A DNA stretch of 32,000 nucleotides, taken from Hymenobacter metallilatus (GTDB lineage: Bacteria > Bacteroidota > Bacteroidia > Cytophagales > Hymenobacteraceae). How positions within the stretch are numbered: position 1 is the stretch's first letter; every line of letters starts with the position of its first letter. Shown here piece by piece: positions 17,165-23,832 of the stretch. The translations under genes were made by a program, and so were the position numbers. Below the pieces are notes generated by a model. The model saw only the letters and a list, made by a program, of their open reading frames with translations. It searched no databases and was not told the origin of the DNA. The DNA lies in contig NZ_RWIS01000011.1 of the NCBI RefSeq assembly GCF_003944705.1, positions 155,253 to 187,252 of the forward strand. Direction: 5' to 3'.

Positions 17165-17223
17165 CAAGAGTACGCCCCCCGTATTAGGGCTGAATTAGAG
17201 GTAGATTAGAAACGGATTAGAGC
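17165..17223 (-). promoter_or_regulatory. Candidate activator-dependent promoter: four phased YTCTAAT direct repeats plus a -7-like TACTCTTG box
   Basis: ATTAG cores (plus strand) start at 17183, 17194, 17205 and 17216, in exact 11-bp steps. TACTCTTG (17172-17165, minus strand) has one mismatch to the Bacteroidetes -7 consensus TAnnTTTG. The ATG lies 25 nt downstream. Confidence 0.55.
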
Positions 17224-17392
17224 TGAAAAATTTTCTCAGAAAGGTCGTTTTCGGCTGATAAACGCAGGTTTTGGTAGTTGGCGCAACGGAAAAAACCGGC
17301 CGCTGCGCCAACTCCCGCTCCGAGGTCCACATGGCCCGCGCCACCCACAGCCCGGACTCAGACAGTTCATCGGGGTGTAAACCGTAGCCCAT

Positions 17393-17476
17393 AGTAGCGC
17401 GAACTTTGTAGTTCGCGTCCCCGAGCCGTCCGAACGATTGTCGTTCCGGGACGCCAACTACACAGTTCGCGCTACT
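17393..17476. repeat. Double-hairpin palindromic element in the adaptor2-OMF spacer
   Basis: AGTAGCGCGAACTTTGTAGTTCGCGTCCC pairs with GGGACGCCAACTACACAGTTCGCGCTACT at 27/29. The left arm is itself a hairpin, CGCGAAC-tttgta-GTTCGCG. Confidence 0.8.
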
Positions 17477-17510
17477 GCGCCCTGCCGGTGCACTGACCGG
17501 AATAGCGGGC

Positions 17511-18590
17511 CTAATCATTGAGCTCCTTGTAAATAAGCAGCGGGTTGCCGGTGACGACCTGCTCGCCCGGTATTATGCCGCTGCGCACGAAGCTCACGCC
17601 GCCCACCGTGGGGCCGGTTTCCACCGCTCGGGTTTCCACCTGCCCCGATTCCTGCAGCACCAGCGCGTAGCGGCGGCCGTTGGCAAATACCAAGCTGCCG
17701 GCTGGCACGGTGGGCAGCTGCTCGGGCAGAGTGCGGGTGAGCTGCACCTGGGTGTACATGCTGGGCTTCAGCAAGTGGCCGGGGTTGGGAAGCCGCACCC
17801 GCACCTGCAGGCTCTTGCTGGTGGCGTGCAGCAGGTTGAACACCTTGTCAACCTGCCCGGTGAATACCTTATCTGGGTAAGCCAGCGTCCGGATTTCGGC
17901 CGGTACGCCCACCCGCATGCCGGCAATATCGGCCTGGTACACGTCGGCCAGCACCCACACTTCATCCAGGTTGGCCAGGGTGAACAGGGCATCCACCTGC
18001 CCCGGCTCAAACTGCATCCCGGCGCTGACATGCTTGGCGGTGATGGTGCCCGCCAGCGGGGCCCGCACCACGTACCGCTCCTGCGAGGCCCCCAGCACCG
18101 CCTGCTGCTGCTGCACCCGGTGGGTTTCGGCCTGGGCCGTGCGCCACGCTGCCCGGGTCTGGGCCAGCTCCCGCTCCGAGGCCATGCCATCGGCGTGCAT
18201 TAATTCCGTAGCCGCCAGCTCCCGGCGGGCAGTAACCAGGTTGATGGCGGCCACCTGGGCTTCCTGGGCCAGCCCCGCCACCCGCGTGCTACGTACCACG
18301 GCCAGCACCTGGCCCTTGCTCACCTCGTCGCCCAGCGTCACGGGCACCGACTCCACTACGCCCCCGGCCACCGGGTACACGGGAGCCGTGCGGTCGGCAT
18401 TGGTAACTACCTGTCCACTGAGCTTTAGGTGGGTTTGCACCGGGGCCAGGCGCACGGTATCGGTGGTGAGGTTAGTGAGTCGGGGAGCAGCGGCGGGCGT
18501 TACGGTCTCGGCGGCTTCTTCGGAGCAGCTGGCCAGGCCCAGGCCGGAGGGTAACAGCAGCAGGCTGGCGAAGTGAAATAATCGGGTCAT
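17511..18590 (-). CDS. Second efflux RND periplasmic adaptor (lipoprotein), paralogue of adaptor 1
   Basis: ATG at 18590 gives MTRLFHFASLLLLPSGLGLASCS (lipobox). It shares blocks with 14578-15678 (GQVLAV, ASERE, YPDK.F.G..DKVFN, LKP.MY.Q, C-terminal ELND). Confidence 0.9.
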   Translation of the reverse strand: MTRLFHFASLLLLPSGLGLASCSEEAAETVTPAAAPRLTNLTTDTVRLAPVQTHLKLSGQVVTNADRTAPVYPVAGGVVESVPVTLGDEVSKGQVLAVVRSTRVAGLAQEAQVAAINLVTARRELAATELMHADGMASERELAQTRAAWRTAQAETHRVQQQQAVLGASQERYVVRAPLAGTITAKHVSAGMQFEPGQVDALFTLANLDEVWVLADVYQADIAGMRVGVPAEIRTLAYPDKVFTGQVDKVFNLLHATSKSLQVRVRLPNPGHLLKPSMYTQVQLTRTLPEQLPTVPAGSLVFANGRRYALVLQESGQVETRAVETGPTVGGVSFVRSGIIPGEQVVTGNPLLIYKELND

Positions 18591-18614
18591 GGGGTAAGCA
18601 ACACAAGTGAGGTG

Positions 18615-18673
18615 CAAGCTTACGCCGCCGATATTAGGACCCGGTTAGAGCCGCATTAGAAACGGATTAGAGC
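18615..18673 (-). promoter_or_regulatory. Second copy of the phased-repeat promoter (upstream of adaptor 2)
   Basis: Cores start at 18633, 18644 (GTTAG), 18655 and 18666, in 11-bp steps. -7-like TAAGCTTG at 18622-18615. The distance to the ATG is the same as in copy 1. Confidence 0.55.
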
Positions 18674-18733
18674 GTGAGTTTTTGATGAATTTTCTTCCGA
18701 ATTCTGAGAATAGAGGTCGGAATAGGGAAGGAT

Positions 18734-18782
18734 AGAACGTCATGCAGAGGCACAGCCGAAGCATCCCGCGTGCTGATGTTGT
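18734..18782. repeat. Solo arm of a GTCATyCTGAGC-family element
   Basis: AGAACGTCATGCAGAGG..CCGAAGCATCCCGCGTGCTGATGTTG aligns with the left arm of 29456-29507. I saw no partner arm. Confidence 0.6.
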
Positions 18783-18798
18783 TGGTTCGTAGGATGGG

Positions 18799-18949
18799 CA
18801 GAACGGTGTAGAGACGCAACACTTTGCGTCTCGTCGTTGAACGACACGGTAATGTAGCGTTTGAATAACGTTAGCAGCGACGTGGTAACGCACAATCCAA
18901 ACAACGTCAGCAACGACGAGACGCAAAATATTGCGTCTCTACATCGTGC
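18799..18949. repeat. GAGACGCG double-hairpin element, copy 2
   Basis: The first 47 nt match 10622-10668 at 44/47. The stems read GAGACGCA/TGCGTCTC, a compensated G-C to A-T change relative to copy 1. The right hairpin is at 18918-18939. Confidence 0.9.
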
Positions 18950-18967
18950 AATAACTCAACCTTTCTG

Positions 18968-20317
18968 CTACAATTCCACCTCTACCACCGTGCCCTGGCC
19001 CGGCCGGGAGCTGATGTGCACCTCGCCGCCGTGCAGCTGAATGATTTTGCGGGCCAGCGGCAGCCCCACGCCGTGCCCCACCACCTGCCGGGCGTTATCG
19101 GCCCGGAAAAACGGCTGAAATACCTGCGGCAGGGCTTTTTCGCTGATGCCGATGCCGTGGTCCTGCACCCGGATGTAACGGCGGCCAGCCCGGTATTCCA
19201 GCTGCACTTCCACCGGCTGGTCGGCGGAGGAGTATTTCAGGGCGTTGTCCAGCAGGTTGGTGAGGGCCCGGCTCAGCAGCTGGCGGTTGCCCTGGATTTC
19301 GAGAGCCTCGGCATCCTCCGGCAGCTGCCCGAACGTGAGCTGCACCCGGCGGCGCTGCTCCGGCAGCACCGCTTCCCGGGCTTCGGCCAGCAGCTCATCC
19401 AGCCGGATTTCGTCGCGGGCCCCGGTATTGGTTTGGGTAAGGTCGAGCAGGTTGTTGATGAGCAGTTTCAGCTGTTGCAGCTCGTGCAGCACCGAGGCCA
19501 CGCCTTCCCGGTACGCGGCCGGCTCCCGCTCCCGGTTCAGCAGCACCTGCAGCTCACCAATGGTGGCCGTGAGGGGCGTGCGCAGCTCGTGCGAGGCATT
19601 GCTGACGAAGGTGCGCTGCGTTTCGAAGCCTTCCTCCAGGCGCTCCAGCATGCGGTTGAAGGTGCGGGCCAAACGGGTTATTTCGTCCTGCTCGTGGCTG
19701 ATGCCTTCACTCACGCGCAAGTGCAGATCCTGGGTGGTGATGCGGTCCACCTGGTCGTTGACACGGGCAATCGGAGCCAGGGCCTTCCCGGCAAACACCC
19801 GGCCGGCCACGTATATCACCACCAGGCTTGCCACGAAGATGCTGGCCAGAATCAGCACCAAATGCTCCAGCCGGGCTGCGCCGGAGTGGTTTTCCGCGGC
19901 AGCCACAATAACGAACTGGCCCTGATTATCGGTGTAAAATAGCCCGATAGCCTGCCGGTTGCCCAGCGTAAAATACACTTCTTTCTCAGTGATAATCCGC
20001 GTCAGCATCCGGTCGGAAATGGCCACGCGCGTATCCTGCTCAATGAAGCGGGGCTGCAGCTTATCGTCGTAAATCTGTAGTACCTCGCCGGTGAGCGTAC
20101 GCAGATAGCGGCGCTGAAACTCCCGGAATGCCTCGGCCCGCAGCTCGTCCTGCTCCAGAAACACGTAACCCGTCACCTCAGCCCGGTCGCGCAGGCGCTG
20201 GTGAAATTCCTCGTGGGTGTAATCGGCCTGCAGCAGGTAGATGGTGGTCATCACCGCCAGCAAAATCACTGCCACCACGCCCACAAACAGCCACGTCAAT
20301 CGGTTCCGGATGGTCAT
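18968..20317 (-). CDS. Sensor histidine kinase (two TM, periplasmic domain, HAMP, HisKA, HATPase_c)
   Basis: TM1 LTWLFVGVVAVILLAVMTTIYLL, TM2 LVLILASIFVASLVVIYVAG, H-box FVSNASHELRTPLT, N-box LLDNALKY, G-boxes DHGIGI and GHGVGL. Confidence 0.93.
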   Translation of the reverse strand: MTIRNRLTWLFVGVVAVILLAVMTTIYLLQADYTHEEFHQRLRDRAEVTGYVFLEQDELRAEAFREFQRRYLRTLTGEVLQIYDDKLQPRFIEQDTRVAISDRMLTRIITEKEVYFTLGNRQAIGLFYTDNQGQFVIVAAAENHSGAARLEHLVLILASIFVASLVVIYVAGRVFAGKALAPIARVNDQVDRITTQDLHLRVSEGISHEQDEITRLARTFNRMLERLEEGFETQRTFVSNASHELRTPLTATIGELQVLLNREREPAAYREGVASVLHELQQLKLLINNLLDLTQTNTGARDEIRLDELLAEAREAVLPEQRRRVQLTFGQLPEDAEALEIQGNRQLLSRALTNLLDNALKYSSADQPVEVQLEYRAGRRYIRVQDHGIGISEKALPQVFQPFFRADNARQVVGHGVGLPLARKIIQLHGGEVHISSRPGQGTVVEVEL

Positions 20318-20553
20318 GGAGGAGTGGTGAAGTTGTGAAAGGTGAAGTTGTGAAGGGCAAGCAAAGGACCTAAAAGAACGTCATTCTGAGCGAAGCCGGA
20401 GGCGAAGTCGAAGAATCTCTACCGCACTAGTAATCCTGGTCGTGAGGCAACGAAGCGGTAGAGATTCTTCGACTTCGCCTCCGGCTTCGCTCAGAATGAC
20501 GTTCCTTTTCTCACTTCTCACTTCTCACTTCTCACTTCTCACTTCTCACTCCT
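20318..20553. repeat. Composite palindromic element filling the RR-HK spacer
   Basis: 40-nt C-free run with a 15-bp tandem repeat (GTGAAGTTGTGAAAG / GTGAAGTTGTGAAGG, 20327-20356). Perfect 50-bp inverted repeat 20376-20425 / 20455-20504. (TTCTCAC)x6 at 20508-20549 lies inside a 52-nt G-free run and overlaps the RR stop codon. Confidence 0.95.
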
Positions 20554-21223
20554 GGGCCCGCAACACGTAGCCCATGCCCACCACCGTGTGAATGAGCTTG
20601 CGGGAGAAGGGCTTGTCCACTTTGTTGCGCAGGTAGTTCACATACACATCCACCACGTTGGAGCCGGCGTCGAAGGAGTCCTCCCACACGTCGGCGGCCA
20701 GCTCGGCGCGGCTGAGCACGCGGCCGGGGTGGCGCAGCAGCAGCTCCAGCAGCCCAAATTCGCGGGCGGTGAGCTTGAGCGGCTGCCCGGCCCGCGTCAC
20801 GGTTTTGGCGGCCGAGTCCAGTGTCAGGTCCTCAAAGCTGAGGGCCGAGCCCTTAGCCTGCTGACCGCGCCGCCGCGTAAGGGCCCGCACCCGGGCCACC
20901 AGCTCCGGAAAATCGAAAGGCTTTACCAGATAATCGTCGGCCCCGCCGCCAAAGCCGTGCAGCTTGTCCTGGGTGGTGCCCAGGGCCGTGAGCAGGAGCA
21001 CCGGCGTCTGCTGGTCCTGCGCCCGGATGGCTTCCAGTACCTCCAGCCCGCTGAAATAGGGCAGAATCACGTCCAGAATAATCAGCTCGTAGGAGTGGGA
21101 GAGGGCCAGCTGCCGCCCAAAGCGCCCATCGTAAGCCACCTCCACCTCAAATCCTTCTTCTTCCAGCCCCCGCTTTATAAACGCCGATACTTTGGGCTCA
21201 TCTTCAACCAGCAGAATTTTCAT
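20546..21223 (-). CDS. OmpR/PhoB-family response regulator (receiver plus winged-helix DNA-binding domain)
   Basis: MKILLVEDE, phospho-acceptor context LIILDV.LP, K in YLVKPF, and a C-terminal trans_reg_C block (LT.REF.LLELL......VLSR..L...VW........NVVDVY...LR.K.D). Confidence 0.95.
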   Translation of the reverse strand: MKILLVEDEPKVSAFIKRGLEEEGFEVEVAYDGRFGRQLALSHSYELIILDVILPYFSGLEVLEAIRAQDQQTPVLLLTALGTTQDKLHGFGGGADDYLVKPFDFPELVARVRALTRRRGQQAKGSALSFEDLTLDSAAKTVTRAGQPLKLTAREFGLLELLLRHPGRVLSRAELAADVWEDSFDAGSNVVDVYVNYLRNKVDKPFSRKLIHTVVGMGYVLRAQE

Positions 21224-21476
21224 GGGGAAATGGTTGAATGGGTGGATTGTTGAATGGGTGAACTGTCATCCTGAGCATGTCGCGCATCAAGCGAGGACGA
21301 AGGAACTTATAACGGCAGAACGGCTGGTGGCGGAACGGAAGGTATGCTGAACTAGGCAAACGTGGTCAGGTCCTTCGTCCTCGCTTGATGCGCGACATGC
21401 TCAGGATGACAGATTTTCTTAAATCAGCTATCCATCCGTTCAACCACCCAACCATCCACCTACCTAGCCACCCACC
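21224..21476. repeat. Composite palindromic element between the TPR gene and the RR gene
   Basis: 39-nt C-free run (21224-21262) with TTGAATGGGTG twice. Perfect 42-bp inverted repeat 21263-21304 / 21371-21412 (CTGTCATCCTGAGC...). The right flank is CCAC/CCAT-rich and G-poor up to the TPR stop codon. Confidence 0.95.
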
Positions 21477-21818
21477 CTAGTCCTCGTCCTCGTAATCCAG
21501 ACCCAGCAGCTGGTTCAGGGCTTGCTGGATTTCACTGGCGGCGTGCAGCTGCCCGGCTTTGCGGGCCACGCTGAGGCCTCTGCGGTAAACTTTTTCGGCT
21601 TCTTCGGGCTTTTCCAGCTGTTGCAGCATCTTGCCGGCGTGGTAGTACGTACCCACGTAGTCCGGATGCTCGTCGAGTAGTTTCTGGTAGTACATCATGG
21701 CCCGTTCCGGCTCCGTGGCCCGGTATTCGGTGGCCAGCGCGTAGATGGTGAATGCGTCGGTAGGATCATCCTGGTAGAAGACCAGGAGTTGTTGCAGGCG
21801 GCTCGGCGCAGTTTCCAT
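21477..21818 (-). CDS. Small tetratricopeptide-repeat protein
   Basis: ATG at 21818 (METAPSRLQQL..). TPR-like A/Y/L spacing (YALATEY......A..YYQKLL...P.YVGTYYHAGK). Confidence 0.7.
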   Translation of the reverse strand: METAPSRLQQLLVFYQDDPTDAFTIYALATEYRATEPERAMMYYQKLLDEHPDYVGTYYHAGKMLQQLEKPEEAEKVYRRGLSVARKAGQLHAASEIQQALNQLLGLDYEDED

Positions 21819-21892
21819 GGGGCGGTAGTTTTGAGTATCTTCGCCCCAAATTTGACACTTTCTCCTAGTATCTTCCATATAAGCAGCCGTAG

Positions 21893-22633
21893 ATGAAGTT
21901 TCTCGTTTGCATCAGCAACGTACCCGACACGACCACCAAAATCACGTTCACTCCTGATAATAAGGAGTTTAACAAGGCTGGTGTACAGTTCGTAATCAAT
22001 CCCTGGGATGAGTATGCACTCACTCGCGCCATTGAGCTGAAAGAAGCCCAGGGTGGCGGCACCGTAACGGTACTCAACGTAGGGGAGGCCGATACCGAGC
22101 CCAACATCCGCAAGGCGCTGGCCATTGGGGCCGACGACGCTATCCGCGTGAATGCCCACCCCAAAGATGCCTTCTTTGTAGCCCAGCAGATTGCCAGCAT
22201 CGCCAAAGACGGTGGCTACGACGTGATTCTGATGGGCAAGGAAAGCATCGACTACAACGGCTTCCAGGTGCACGGCATGGTAGGCGAACTGCTCAACATC
22301 CCGACGGTGGCCCCGGCCATGAAGCTGGATATGAGCGGCAACACCGCCACGCTGGAGCGCGAAATTGAAGGCGGCAAGGAAATCGTGGAAGTAAACACGC
22401 CCTTCGTGGCTTCCTGCCAGCAGCCCATGTGCGAGCCCCGCATTCCCAACATGCGCGGCATCATGACGGCCCGCACCAAGCCCCTGAAAGTGGTGGAGCC
22501 CACCGCCGACGCCGCCCGTACGGAAGTATCGTCGTACGCGCTGCCCCCGGCCAAGCAAGGCGTGAAGCTCATCCCCGCCGAAAACGCCGGTGAGCTGATC
22601 AAACTGCTCCGCAACGAAGCCAAGGTTATCTAA
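21893..22633 (+). CDS. etfB: Electron transfer flavoprotein beta subunit
   Basis: MKFLVCISNVPDTTTKI..........GV.FVINP.DEYAL..A...KE and GKESIDYN motifs. It is followed by etfA. Confidence 0.95.
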   Translation: MKFLVCISNVPDTTTKITFTPDNKEFNKAGVQFVINPWDEYALTRAIELKEAQGGGTVTVLNVGEADTEPNIRKALAIGADDAIRVNAHPKDAFFVAQQIASIAKDGGYDVILMGKESIDYNGFQVHGMVGELLNIPTVAPAMKLDMSGNTATLEREIEGGKEIVEVNTPFVASCQQPMCEPRIPNMRGIMTARTKPLKVVEPTADAARTEVSSYALPPAKQGVKLIPAENAGELIKLLRNEAKVI

Positions 22634-22745
22634 AAAGTAGAATGATGAGTGTTGAATTATGAGTGATGAATTGGTCTGTCCTTGCTCACGCGGGCGGGAT
22701 GCATTATTCGCAAATTCCTAATTCAACATTCAGCACTCATAACTC
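22634..22745. repeat. Strand-skewed imperfect palindrome in the etfB-etfA spacer
   Basis: 45-nt C-free run from the stop codon (22631-22675) with ATGAGTG/TTGAATT units. It opposes the G-poor AATTCAACATTCAGCACTCAT arm, and pairing needs G.T wobbles. Confidence 0.75.
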
Positions 22746-22753
22746 TCTGAAAA

Positions 22754-23731
22754 ATGTCTGTACTAGTAGTTGTTGAATGTGACGGCGGCGAGGTAAAGAA
22801 ATCCTCGCTGGAAGTAGCTTCCTACGGCAGCCAGGTAGCCCAGATGCTGGGCACCACGGCTACGGCCGTAGCCGTGGGTGAAGCCACCGAAGCCAACCTG
22901 GCCAAGCTGGGCGAGCAGGGCATCACCAAGGTGCTGCATGACGCCGAGCCCCGCCTCAAGGATTTCGTGAACGGGGCCTACACCAAGCTGATTGCCGCCG
23001 CCGCCCAGAAGGAAGATGCCAAAGTCATTGTACTGGCTAACTCCAACATCGGGGCCTCGGTAGGCTCGCGGTTGTCGGTGCGCCTGCAGGCCAGCATTGC
23101 CACCAACGTGGTGGAGCTGCCCAAAACCGACGGCGGCTCGTTCACGGTGAAGCGCGGTGCCTTCTCGGGCAAAGCCTTTGCTGATGTGAAGCTGGACGGC
23201 GACCGGAAAATCATTGCCGTTAAGAAAAACTCCATCGAAGCCCTGCACGAGGCTGGCAAAACCGCTCAGGTAGAGGCCTTCTCGGCTCAGCTGACGGATG
23301 CCGACTTCGCCGATGCTCCCAAGCAGGTGGTGATGCAGGACCAGGCCGGCGGCATTCTGCTGCCCGAGGCCGACAAAGTAGTATCGGGTGGCCGCGGCAT
23401 GAAAGGCCCCGAGAACTGGAACCTCATTGAGGATCTGGCGAAGGCCCTGGGCGCGGCTACGGCCTGCTCTAAGCCCGTTTCGGACGTGGATTGGCGCCCT
23501 CACCACGAGCACGTGGGCCAGACGGGTATCACCGTGTCGCCGAACCTCTACATTGCCTGCGGTATTTCGGGTGCTATCCAGCACCTGGCCGGCGTAAACT
23601 CAAGCAAGGTAATTGTGGTGATTAACAAGGACCCCGAGGCGCCGTTCTTCAAAGCTGCCGACTATGGTATCGTGGGCGACGTGTTCGATGTGCTGCCCAA
23701 ACTCACGCAAGCGGTAAAAGAGTTGAATTAA
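22754..23731 (+). CDS. etfA: Electron transfer flavoprotein alpha subunit
   Basis: C-terminal FAD-binding block VGQTG..V.P.LYIA.GISGAIQH.AG...SK.IVVINKD.EAP.F. 325 aa. Confidence 0.95.
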   Translation: MSVLVVVECDGGEVKKSSLEVASYGSQVAQMLGTTATAVAVGEATEANLAKLGEQGITKVLHDAEPRLKDFVNGAYTKLIAAAAQKEDAKVIVLANSNIGASVGSRLSVRLQASIATNVVELPKTDGGSFTVKRGAFSGKAFADVKLDGDRKIIAVKKNSIEALHEAGKTAQVEAFSAQLTDADFADAPKQVVMQDQAGGILLPEADKVVSGGRGMKGPENWNLIEDLAKALGAATACSKPVSDVDWRPHHEHVGQTGITVSPNLYIACGISGAIQHLAGVNSSKVIVVINKDPEAPFFKAADYGIVGDVFDVLPKLTQAVKELN

Positions 23732-23732
23732 T

Positions 23733-23807
23733 GTGATGAAATGTGCGACATGCGGGAAATGTGCTGCGGCCATTCCCGTATGTTGCACATTTTCACATTC
23801 TTCACAC
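23733..23807. repeat. Imperfect strand-skewed hairpin after etfA
   Basis: AATGTGCGACATGCGGGAA pairs with TTCCCGTATGTTGCACATT (two wobble or mismatch positions). It is flanked by GTGATGAAATGTG / CACATTTTCACATTCTTCACAC. Confidence 0.7.
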
Positions 23808-23832
23808 TAGCATATTCACCACGACCCTACTT

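Noticed and set aside
20508-20549. Tandem repeats as a possible CRISPR array (also 20327-20356, 26295-26322, 14484-14501)
   Set aside because: The units are 6-15 bp and directly adjacent with no spacers. No cas genes are present. These are simple tandem repeats forming the arms of palindromic elements.
11208-21223. Efflux/TCS locus as a recently acquired genomic island
   Set aside because: There are no integrase, transposase, tRNA or flanking direct repeats. Codon third positions look as GC-rich as in neighbouring genes. The K/N-rich composition of CzcA and adaptor-1 reflects conserved family sequence rather than foreign base composition.
21826-21833. TAGTTTTG, an exact match to the Bacteroidetes -7 promoter consensus about 60 nt upstream of etfB
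   Set aside because: No properly spaced TTTG -33 partner was found, and an 8-mer match with two free positions is expected by chance. I did not report it as a feature.
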